NCBI GenBank assembly: GCA_020636075.1
Contig: JACJYO010000005.1
Span: 2,926-66,925, forward strand
DNA length: 64,000 nucleotides
Source of the DNA: Lewinellaceae bacterium
GTDB lineage: Bacteria; Bacteroidota; Bacteroidia; Chitinophagales; Saprospiraceae
Direction: 5' to 3'
The notes below the pieces were generated by a model. The model worked only from the letters and a program-made list of their open reading frames with translations, was not told the origin of the DNA and did no database searches. The position numbers were made by a program, and so were the translations under genes. Position 1 is the first letter of the stretch, and each line of letters begins with the position of its first letter. Of this stretch, positions 15,904 to 25,500 are shown piece by piece.

Positions 15904-18065
15904 ATGAAAAAATACCTGCTTACCTGCGCTGTTTGTGTATGCCTGGTGCATGTTGCCCTGGCTCAGTTTACAAACAAGGGCGTCAAAGTCAATATGGCCC
16001 CCGGCTCTACCATCAAGGCGCTCGACGGCGTCGTCAATACTTCCGGTGGCACCCTCAATGTCGACGGTACGTTGAACACCCCCGTCGATCTGAGCAATAC
16101 TTCCGGAGCCACCCTCCAGGGCGACGGTCAGTACTACATCGGTGGCGACTGGACCAACAGCGCCACCTTCAATGCCGGCACCGCTACCATCACGTTCATC
16201 GGCGACAAAAATAGTAATGTCACATCCGGCGGCGGCGCCTTCTACAATCTGAACCTGAATAAAACCGGTGCCAACATCTTGCTCGCCGATAATATGGCCA
16301 TCTCAAACAGCCTCGATTTCCAGGCTGCCGATAACTACGTTGTTCTGGGCGACTACAACCTGCAGGCTGCCGACATCACCGGTTACGACGCCGCACGCCA
16401 CGTCCGCACAACCGGCGCAGGCTTTCTCGTGCGTACGGTGAATGGTGCGCCAGTAATATTTCCCGTAGGCAATACAAACTACAACCCAGCCACCCTGACC
16501 AATGCCGGCACCAGCGACATGTACCGCGTACGTGTTGCCGGCAATGTGTTGAATAATGGCTATTCGGGCACAGCCTTTACAAGCAATGCAGTGGACCGTA
16601 CGTGGTTTGTCGAGGAAGCGGCGCCGGGCGGCTCTGATCTGTCGCTACAGCTCCAATGGAACGGTAGCGAAGAATTACCCGGCTTCGACCGCGCGATGTC
16701 CTACCTGTCGCATTTCGAGGGCGGCATTTGGGACAATCAGGCAGCCGGAGCTGCCGGCGGCGCCGACCCCTATACCCTGAGTCGCACAGGCGTCACCACA
16801 CTCTCGCCCTTTGCCATACTGAGTGACAACTTCCAACCCACGGTGGATATCCTTGGCCGGATCATTTGGAAAGGCGACGGCATGAGCGGTGTGAAAGACG
16901 CTACCGTCACGGCCAGCGGCGACCTGAATGGCCTTGCCGCCACTGATGTCAATGGCAACTACAGTCTCACCCTGGCTGGCAACGGCAATGTATCCCTGGT
17001 GCCCGCCAAAAATAGCAACGTGCTCAATGGTCTCAATGTGGGCGATGCCCTGGCCATCCAGCAGCATTTGGTAGGTATTAACCTGATCAGCGACCCGTAT
17101 GCCTGGATCGCCATGGACGTCAATCGCAGTAATAGTATTTCCACCTTCGACGCCGTCCTGATCCGGCAGGCCCTGCTTGGTCACCCGCTGGTGATGAATT
17201 ATTTCAATAAATCCTGGCGCTTCGTGCCGAAGGACTTTCCGCTGGCCCTACCGCCCTGGGGCTTCCCCGAACAGATCGACCTGACGGGGGTGGTCAGTAA
17301 TCAAACCGATCAGGATTTCTATGGCGTGAAGATCGGCGACGTGATCGCCACCTATGCCAATCCGGCCAATTTCGGGGCGGGTATGGCGCCTTTAGTCTTG
17401 CACGTGCAGGATCAAAACCTGGAAGCCGGGCAAGACCTGGAGGTAAGTTTTTCAGCCGACTACCTGCAAGATGTGGCAGCCTGGCAATTTGGCCTGCAGT
17501 TCAATCCGCAATACCTCGACCTGCAGGCCGTAGAACCACTTACCGCACTGCCACTCAACGCAGACAACTTCAGTCTTTCGGACGATGCGATTCGGGCAGT
17601 CTGGACATTTCCGGCGGCGCCGAACTGGAGGAAGGCTCGACTTTGTTCCGCCTGCGGTTTAAAGCACTGGCCTCTGGTGTGCGGCTGAGCGATGTGCTGA
17701 GCCTGGAGGAGACAATCCTGCCTGGTATAGCCTTCAATAGTGCCATGGATAATGCGCCGGTGGGGCTGCGCTACAACACTGTTACGACGGCGACCGGCGC
17801 GCCGGCAGGAACTGTACAACTGTTTGAAATCGGACCCAATCCGTTCGTTCAAACTACCAACGTGCGCTTCAGCCTGCCGGAGGCCTGTCAGGCACAGCTG
17901 CGTGTGCTGGATGCCAGCGGTCGTGAATTGTGGCAGTTGGAAAAGAACTACTCGTCCGGTTATCAGCAGGAGACGATCCGGCTGGAGGGCGTCACCGGGG
18001 CTTTGGTGTGTGAAATGACTACACCCTGGGGCGTGCAAAGTGTGCAACTGGTGGCAGTGGAGTAA
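15904..18065 (+). pseudogene. Partner-family gene split by a 1-nt deletion near 17611
   Basis: ORFs 15865-17688 and 17643-18065 together are collinear with the intact paralogue 27934-30108. At 17605-17625 the sequence is acatttccggcggcgcc, versus acatttcccggcggctcc at 29636. Signal peptide MKKYLLTCAVCVCLVHVALA|Q (ATG 15904). T9SS CTD in the second ORF. Confidence 0.75.
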
Positions 18066-18245
18066 GGCCGTTGCCTGGGAATTCCTGGTCTGCCGGCGCG
18101 TTTAGCCATGTAGGGCAGTTCCTTTTGATTCCGCTGCTGCAGTTTCACCAAAAGGGTAAAGCCTTTTCTAAATTTTAAGTTAACCTGCGTTTTGGATAAG
18201 AAAAGCGGGTGTATCGTAATTCCTTACACGCGCAGACGATTCAAA

Positions 18246-18314
18246 TTTTCACCACGGAAACACAGCGGGCACAGAGAACTAAACTCTGTGCCCGCTGTGT
18301 TTCCGTGGTGAAAA
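18246..18314. repeat. 31-bp perfect-stem hairpin (REP-like)
   Basis: ttttcaccacggaaacacagcgggcacagag - aactaaa - ctctgtgcccgctgtgtttccgtggtgaaaa. A related imperfect hairpin lies at 38208-38279. Confidence 0.8.
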
Positions 18315-18439
18315 AATATTCTACGGCGGGCATTTCAGATTTCTCTCTTTTAATACACCCTCATAAAGCGTTTTTTCAAGTACCTCATTTACAGGAGCTA
18401 TCCAAACCCCTCGTTAATATAGCGCATGCCCGTTCCCCG

Positions 18440-18580
18440 GCAATCTACCTCCGTTTTCTTCGCCTGCAAAAAGCCAGACACTTGCTGGAAGCCATCAAGC
18501 CCGGGTTTTCCAAACTCACCCATTTCTCCCTTTCCTGTATCGAAGCGTTCGGCGAAAACCCTTACTACACCCTAAAAAAA
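18440..18580 (+). pseudogene. Remnant of an AraC-type HTH gene 3' end
   Basis: Translation AIYLRFLRLQKARHLLEAIKPGFSKLTHFSLSCIEAFGENPYYTLKK aligns with the C-terminus of HTCS 30364-34464 (YIRSVRLQKARQLL...PYFSTSFTEEFGQPPSSLKK). No upstream coding continuity. Confidence 0.55.
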
Positions 18581-18586
18581 GAGGTA

Positions 18587-18621
18587 AATGCGCATATAGT
18601 TCATGCCAATGCGCATATAGT
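18587..18621 (+). promoter_or_regulatory. Direct repeat AATGCGCATATAGT x2 with 21-bp phasing, upstream of fibre gene 18738
   Basis: Copies at 18587-18600 and 18608-18621, each containing the palindrome ATGCGCAT. The same pair occurs at 25922-25956. Confidence 0.45.
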
Positions 18622-18737
18622 CCAAGTCGCTTTTTCCGGCTCCCTACACCTTTGCAGCATCCGATTGACGACTGGCCATGCTACCCAGTGCCGCGCGGTC
18701 GTCAATGCATCATTTCACCATCATTTATTTGAAAATC

Positions 18738-21700
18738 ATGAAATATTTTCTTTCCCTTCTGAGCATGCTGCTTCTGTGTTTGATATCGGCAGAGCTGGCC
18801 GCACAAAACGAACTGCAAGTCAAAGCGCCCAATGGTAATGTCCTCCTGGAGGTACGCGAGGAAGGGGTGATCGTAAAAAAAGTTACAACAGCCGAACGCA
18901 CCGGCTTTTCCCTGACCACCACAGACAAAGGGCTTTTGGTGTATGATGCCGACCTGAGCGCCTTCTTCACCTGGAACGGTACCCAATGGAAACAGATCGA
19001 CGGACCGGATATGGCTGATGCCGACAAAGACACTAAAATACAGGTAGAGAAAAACACGGACGAGGACATGATCCGTTTTGATGCCGCAGGGGACGAACAA
19101 CTATTGGTTGCTCCCGGCCAGGTATCTGTACACAGTGATTTCAAGGCCGGTCGAACATACACCGGTCCGGTAACACTGAACGCAAGCATTTACGGTACCG
19201 GGTTTGTAGTCTCCAGTTCAACCGAGCCGGACTGGCAGTCTTTCACGGCCACGGCTGCCGGCAAAGTGCATTCCTTGCAATTGACCTTTGGAGGACCCAG
19301 CCAGACCTATACCATCAGCCTGTATGAAGGTGAGGGTGTTGGCGGCAACCTGTTAACCACCAAGTCCTTTACTTCTCCGGGCGGAAATACCAGTATGCAG
19401 ATATCCATATCGGACGAAATCATTCTTGCTCCGGGGGCAAAATATACGGTGGGTTTCAGCAGCAGGCAGGACATCGGATACTATTTCAATGTCTCTCCGG
19501 ATGGACGTGCCGGCTCTAATCCCAATGCCGACTATTTTGTGAGGGTATATACCTATGGTGAAAAGTACGGTGTCAATGTTGTCGACGGAACACTCAACAT
19601 CAACGAAGCCTATACTTTACCTACTACCGCCGGCGCAAACGGGCAAACCTTGACAAGCAACGGCAGCGGCAATGTATCGTGGACGACCCCAACCGACAAC
19701 GACCAGCAAAACCTGACGCTGAACGGCAATAACCTGTCGATCTCCAACGGCAACAGCGTCAGCCTGCCCGTTAATAATGATAATGACCCCACCAATGAGA
19801 TCCAGGTCATTTCCTATGACGATGTTACCAAAATTCTGACCCTCTCCAACGGCGGAACCGTAGATCTGTCCGGCCTGGACCCAGCCACGGCACAAGCGGC
19901 CATCGATGCCCACATCGCAGCTGACCTGGATACAGACCCCACCAACGAGATCCAGGCCATTTCGTATAATGCCGTTACCAAAATTCTGACCCTCTCCAAC
20001 GGCGGAACTGTAGATCTGTCCGGCCTGGACCCAGCCGCGACACAAGCGGCCATCGATGCCCACATTGATGCTGATGGTGATCTGGACCCCACCAACGAGA
20101 TCCAGGCCATTTCCTATGACGCCGGTACCAAAATTCTGACCCTCTCCAACGGCGGAACTGTTGACCTGTCCGATCTGGACCCCGCTACGGCACAAGCGGC
20201 CATCGATGCCCACATCGCAGCCGATCTGGATACAGACCCTACCAATGAGATCGAACTGCCCGCGGGAGGCAGCAACGGACAAGTACTCACAACCAATGGA
20301 AGTAATGGAGTGTCCTGGGCTAACATTCCAGCAACAAGCATTCTTAGGGATGCCGACAACGACACCAAAATACAAGTAGAAAAAAATCCGGATGAGGATA
20401 TTATTCGGTTTCAAGTGGCTGGAACGGAAGCGGCGAATATAATCAGAAACACCATTCAAGGGACCATACAAACTGGAAACGATTCATACGGTCCTGTTGA
20501 TCCATTTCAATCAGGGTGGCAGTCTTTTACGGCTACTGCCGATGCAGCAATTAAATCCATTGAGATTCGCTGTAATTTTGATAACCTGCCTGGAGGATTT
20601 ACAACCAAAAGTATTCGCATTTATGAAGGAGAAGGAACCGGTGGCAGTTTATTGGCGTCGCTTGGTACTTTTACCTTAGCCAATGGATGGAACCAAATTA
20701 CAGTGTCGGCCCCCATAAATATGAGCAGCGGAGCAAAATATACCATTTGGTTTAGCAACATCAGTGGTATATGTTATGGCCAATCGGGCTACGCTGGTGG
20801 GAGCAGTTCGTATGTCCAAGGCTATGATTGGTCCACACGGGTGAATTGGGCTTACTACCAAGGCCAATTCACCACATCCTCATTTGCCATTGAAAATGCG
20901 TATGCGCTTCCTACAACGGATGGCGCTAACGGACAAGTACTCACAACCGATGGCAGTGGCACCACGTCCTGGTATACGCCAATCGGCTCTCAAGACCTCA
21001 GCCTTTCCGGAAATACGCTATCGATCTCCAACGGCAACAGCGTCCTCCTGCCCATTAGTAATGATGATGACCCCACCAACGAGATCGAACTGCCCGCGGG
21101 AGGCAGCAACGGACAAGTACTCACAACCGATGGCAATAATGGAGTTTCCTGGGCAGACCTTTCAATTGCAAACACCCTTACAGATGCCGACAACGATACC
21201 AAAATTCAAGTCGAAAAAAATCCGGATGAGGATATTATTCGGTTTGAAGTGGCTGGAACGGACGCAGCGCAAATAAGCACCGTCTTTCTATTTGATGGAA
21301 CCATACAAACAGCAACCGGTGGAGGAACTTATTGTTGTGGTACGACACCATCATGGCAGTCTTTTACGGCTACTGTCGATGGGCTAATCCAATCCATTGA
21401 GATTAGATACAACATATACTCGGAATTCCCAACCAAAAACTTTGCTATTTATGAAGGTGAAGGAACCGGTGGTGCTTTATTAGCGTCGCTTGGTAGTCAT
21501 ACGTTAAGCCATGGATGGAATCAGATTACACTCCCCACCCCTGTCGATTTAAGCAGCGGAGCAAAATATACCATTTGGTTCAGTACCGACGCTGGTATAT
21601 ATTATTCTACCGATAATCCTTATGGTGGTGGGCGCAGTAGTTTAAACGCAATCGCTGATTTTTCCACCCGGGTAAACTTGGGTGTCTACAAGGGACAATT

Positions 21701-22118
21701 AACCACTTCCTCATTGGTTATTGAAAATGCGTACGCGCTTCCTACCACAGATGGCGCCAACGGGCAGGTACTCACAACGAATGGCAGTGGAGCTGTGTCC
21801 TGGGCGGATCATCCCTGGGCTGATTCCGGTGGTAATACATACAGAATCAATGGCAATGTAGGCATCGGCACAACTACACCAACTACCAAACTTGATGTGA
21901 ACGGCACCACAAAAACTTCGGCACTGCAAGTTGGGGATAACGGTACGGTTGTTTCACAAATGCGAACCGGTAGTTTTACCGTTGGTCCCCATCATTTTAA
22001 TGGTACCCCCCTTGTCTATCTTGTACAAGGCATTTCCTTCGGAGGAACCTTTAGTGCCCCACCCAAGGTGTTCTGCCAACTCCGGGGTGAAACAGGCCAA
22101 CTCAATTTAGACACATAG
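18738..22118 (+). CDS. Exported fibre-family protein, variant type: three ~220-aa WQSFTAT modules, 50-aa repeats, no S74/G2 module
   Basis: Likely start MKYFLSLLSMLLLCLISAELAA|Q (ATG 18738). Retains DKGLLVYDADLSAFFTWNGTQW. DAD(K/N)DTKIQVEKN.DED.IRF occurs three times. NGNVGIGTTTPTTKLDVNG near the end. The frame stops at 22116-22118, but the coding signal continues in the +1 frame. Confidence 0.75.
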   Translation: MKYFLSLLSMLLLCLISAELAAQNELQVKAPNGNVLLEVREEGVIVKKVTTAERTGFSLTTTDKGLLVYDADLSAFFTWNGTQWKQIDGPDMADADKDTKIQVEKNTDEDMIRFDAAGDEQLLVAPGQVSVHSDFKAGRTYTGPVTLNASIYGTGFVVSSSTEPDWQSFTATAAGKVHSLQLTFGGPSQTYTISLYEGEGVGGNLLTTKSFTSPGGNTSMQISISDEIILAPGAKYTVGFSSRQDIGYYFNVSPDGRAGSNPNADYFVRVYTYGEKYGVNVVDGTLNINEAYTLPTTAGANGQTLTSNGSGNVSWTTPTDNDQQNLTLNGNNLSISNGNSVSLPVNNDNDPTNEIQVISYDDVTKILTLSNGGTVDLSGLDPATAQAAIDAHIAADLDTDPTNEIQAISYNAVTKILTLSNGGTVDLSGLDPAATQAAIDAHIDADGDLDPTNEIQAISYDAGTKILTLSNGGTVDLSDLDPATAQAAIDAHIAADLDTDPTNEIELPAGGSNGQVLTTNGSNGVSWANIPATSILRDADNDTKIQVEKNPDEDIIRFQVAGTEAANIIRNTIQGTIQTGNDSYGPVDPFQSGWQSFTATADAAIKSIEIRCNFDNLPGGFTTKSIRIYEGEGTGGSLLASLGTFTLANGWNQITVSAPINMSSGAKYTIWFSNISGICYGQSGYAGGSSSYVQGYDWSTRVNWAYYQGQFTTSSFAIENAYALPTTDGANGQVLTTDGSGTTSWYTPIGSQDLSLSGNTLSISNGNSVLLPISNDDDPTNEIELPAGGSNGQVLTTDGNNGVSWADLSIANTLTDADNDTKIQVEKNPDEDIIRFEVAGTDAAQISTVFLFDGTIQTATGGGTYCCGTTPSWQSFTATVDGLIQSIEIRYNIYSEFPTKNFAIYEGEGTGGALLASLGSHTLSHGWNQITLPTPVDLSSGAKYTIWFSTDAGIYYSTDNPYGGGRSSLNAIADFSTRVNLGVYKGQLTTSSLVIENAYALPTTDGANGQVLTTNGSGAVSWADHPWADSGGNTYRINGNVGIGTTTPTTKLDVNGTTKTSALQVGDNGTVVSQMRTGSFTVGPHHFNGTPLVYLVQGISFGGTFSAPPKVFCQLRGETGQLNLDT
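19785..20250 (+). repeat. Three tandem 150-bp (50-aa) coding repeats plus a partial copy
   Basis: gaccccaccaa(t/c)gaga recurs at 19785, 19935, 20085 and 20235. The unit is DPTNEIQAISYDAVTKILTLSNGGTVDLSGLDPATAQAAIDAHIAADLDT. Confidence 0.85.
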
Positions 22119-22236
22119 TAGTATCACCACTTTACAGGTTACAACGTCATCTTTTGCGGTAGCAATTCACAGAGAAGACCTCCCTGGTGGTGATTGGGGA
22201 CAAAACCTGATTCTGGATTGGTTTGCGGTTCAGTAA
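22111..22236 (+). other. Out-of-frame (+1) continuation of fibre gene 18738, possible H-type-lectin-like C-terminal end
   Basis: Frame +1 reads THSSITTLQVTTSSFAVAIHREDLPGGDWGQNLILDWFAVQ*, stopping at 22234-22236. It overlaps the annotated stop by 8 nt. Confidence 0.5.
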
Positions 22237-22324
22237 AAAGCTTAGTAGCGTGGACGCCGTTGCAGCACTAACTGCATGCCTGCTCAACGCGAACAAGAAA
22301 AGATTAACCTGCAATTTTTTATTA

Positions 22325-22486
22325 AGAGCGTGTTTGGGAATTTCTTGTTAAGCCCAAAACGGTTCTTTTTCCGTCATTTTCCGCCTTTTTTCAGGCACTT
22401 AGCTGGGCTAGGCACCAGAAAAAACGCAAAAACTGACAAAAAAAGCCCTTGTTTTTGGCTCCAACAGAAATTCCCAAACACGCTCT
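22325..22486. repeat. Perfect 20-bp inverted repeat bracketing 122 bp, ending 16 nt before start codon 22503
   Basis: agagcgtgtttgggaatttc at 22325-22344 and its exact reverse complement gaaattcccaaacacgctct at 22467-22486. Confidence 0.85.
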
Positions 22487-22502
22487 AAAAAACACCACAG
22501 TA

Positions 22503-25500
22503 ATGCGAGGTTTAAAAAATAAAATAGCCGTTTTGGTGCTTACCTGCTTTTTGGGTAGCCCAACCTGGGCCCAATTGTACAATAAGGGAACCTACGTCAA
22601 AGTGGCACCTGGTATCACCGTCAATGCCCTCAATGGTGTTATCAACTCCGACGGCGGCACCATCACCGTTGATGGCACAATAAACACGCCCGCCGACCTT
22701 ACCAACGAGACCGGCGCCCTCCTGCAGGGCAACGGCCAGTACCAGGTGAGCGGCGATTGGAACGACAGCGCCAACTTCGACGCCGGCACCTCCACTGTTT
22801 TGCTGGAAGGCAATACGCCGGGCGCCCTGAACTCAGGCGGTGGCCCTTTCTACAACCTGATCCTGCATCACGATGTAACCCTCAATAACTCCATTCAAAT
22901 CGAGCAGGCGCTGAGCCTGATCAATGCCGATTTCGAGCTGAACGGCTCGGTCATTACGCTGAGCCCCGGGGCAACCATGAGTGAACAGCCTGATAATACC
23001 GTCAAAGGCCCACTTGGCCACATCATCACGACCCGAAACCTCAATGCCCCCGGCAACCAAAATGTAGGCGGAATGGGCTTTGAGTTGACTACCGGCGCCG
23101 ACCTCGGCTCCACCGAGATCATCCGGGCCCATGCACCACAGACCATCTTGGGCAACGCGGGCATCCTCCGGTACTTCGATGTGACGCCTTCAAACAATAG
23201 TGGCCTGAATGCCGGCATCGTCTTCCATTACGACGATTCCGAACTTAACGGAAACAACGAATCGGAACTGGACCTCTACCGAAGCGATGATGGGGGGAAC
23301 TCCTGGATCTATGTGGCCGGCAACCGGGACCCGGACGCCAATACCTATACGGCTACGGGCATCGAGTCCTTCTCACGCTGGACACTTAGCAGTGGATGTC
23401 CGGTATCCACCCAGGCTGCCTGTCAGGATATAACGGTCTACCTGGATGCGACCGGACAAGCCTCCATTACTGCAGCGGAAATAGACGGTGGTAGTCTGGG
23501 CAAATGTGGCATCCAAACCACCAGTTCGAGTATTTCCACCTTTGATTGCAGCAAGCTCGGTCGCAACAATGTCACCCTGACCGTGTCCGACCTTGTCGGG
23601 GGAAGCAGCAGCTGTACCGCTGTGGTCACGATAGAGGACAATATCGCTCCGACGATCACCTGTCCGGCCAATATCACGACCGACAACGATATGGGCGCTT
23701 GCGAAGCACTCGTCACAGGCCTGGGCTATACCTCCGCCGCGGACAACTGCTCGTTGGCTGTGAATTGGACACTGGAAAAAACACCTGCTGAAACCGGCAT
23801 TACAGAAACGGTTTCCGGCTCCAACGCCCTCGGATCTTCCAACATCCCGGTCGGTACTGCCACACTAACCTACACCGTTGTGGATGCCGGTAACAACTCG
23901 GCAAACTGCTCCATCAGCATCACGGTCAACGACAACACCCCGCCCGATGCCGTGTGTCAGACCCATACCGTCCAACTCGACATCCATGGCGATGCCACCA
24001 TCGCCGCCGCCAATGTGGACGGGGGTAGCAGCGACAATTGCGGCATCCAGGAAATTACGGTTGCGCCCGACACCTTCGATGAGAGCAATCTCGGGTCGAA
24101 CAACGTAACCCTCACGGTGACGGACGTCCATGGACACATGTCGTCCTGCAGTACCACGGTGACCGTGACCGGACGCGCTACAGCGCTGAGCTATACCGGC
24201 GCTACAGATGAACAATACTCCGACCAGGCAAGCCTCAGCGCCACCCTGCTCGATGATCTGACCGGAGACCCCATCCAGGGTCGCGAGCTCCTTTTCACCA
24301 TCGGCAGCCAAACCGCCTCGGCCACGACGGATGCCAACGGTCTGGCAAGCGCCACCATCGTACTCAACCAGGCGCCGACAGGCGTCAACGGCGCCTCCTA
24401 CACCGTCGATGTCGACTTCATACCGGCCGCAGGCGACTGGTTCCTCGGTTCGTTCCAAAGCCAGGATTTCGGGATCATCCCCGAAGATCCCATCGTTACC
24501 TACACCGGTGTGGTATATGTTTCCACGGGTGGGGCGAACAACAGCGAGGCCACCCTCACCTTGACGGCCACCATTCAGGATGACCCCAACGACGGCTATC
24601 CTGGCGACGTGTCCAATGCTGTGGTTCAATTCTACAACTCCGAGACCGGCGATACCATTGGCGATCCGCTCAACGTGATGCTTGTTAACCCGAACGACCC
24701 CTCCACCGGCACGGTCCTCCAAAACTGGACGGTCGACATCCAAAATAAGGACGTGGAGTCTTATGAGATCGGCATTAAGGTCTTGAGCTATTACCACCGC
24801 GAATTTGAAGCCGATGAGATCATCACCGTTTCCAGGCCGCTCAACGACTACGTCAAGGGAGGGGGTAACTTCTATCTGGAAAATTCCGAAGGGGTATATG
24901 CCGGCGACGACAACAGCGCGCTTCGGTTCAGCATCAACGGCAAGTTTACCCCCAACGGCAACAACCCCAAGGGTAAGGTTCACTTCCTGGTCGACCGCCT
25001 GGAGTCGGACGGCATCGTCCATACCTACCGCTTCAAGAGCAACAACATCCTGAGCGTAGGCATCAATTCAAGCACCAATGATGGTTGGGTAACCGGCAAG
25101 TGCAGCGTTCAGGACGTGACCGACCCGGGCAATCCCATCTCCCTGGGTGGCAACAGGACCTTCCAGGTAGAAGTGCAGGACAATGGTCAACCGGGTGCCC
25201 TCGATTCGATCGGCATCGCCGTCTACCACCAGAATGGTTCCCTCCTCTTCTCCAGCAAGTGGTCGGGCGTGCAGACCTTGCGCGACACCCTGGACAAAGG
25301 TGATATCGAGGTGTCCGCCGGCGCCCAGGCGATGAACGCGCCGCCTCAAAACGGCCCGGCAGGACTCAGCATCAAGGCGGATAAAATGACTGTTGGCGAC
25401 ATCCATCTCTTCCCCAACCCGGCCGTTGATCAGGTGAAACTGACCTTTGAACTGGACGCGGACATGGACATACGGTTAGAAATCGTCTCCACCAACGGCC

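Noticed and set aside
18209-18838. 209-aa ORF in the 18.2-18.8-kb spacer
   Set aside because: It runs through a REP-like hairpin, an AraC-gene remnant, the direct-repeat operator and the leader of the next gene. Only the short AraC-like stretch looks like former coding sequence.
22276-22488. 70-aa ORF inside the IR-flanked 122-bp segment
   Set aside because: It is low-complexity (F/K/P-rich) and spans the non-coding inverted repeats, with no recognisable features. It is most likely non-coding.
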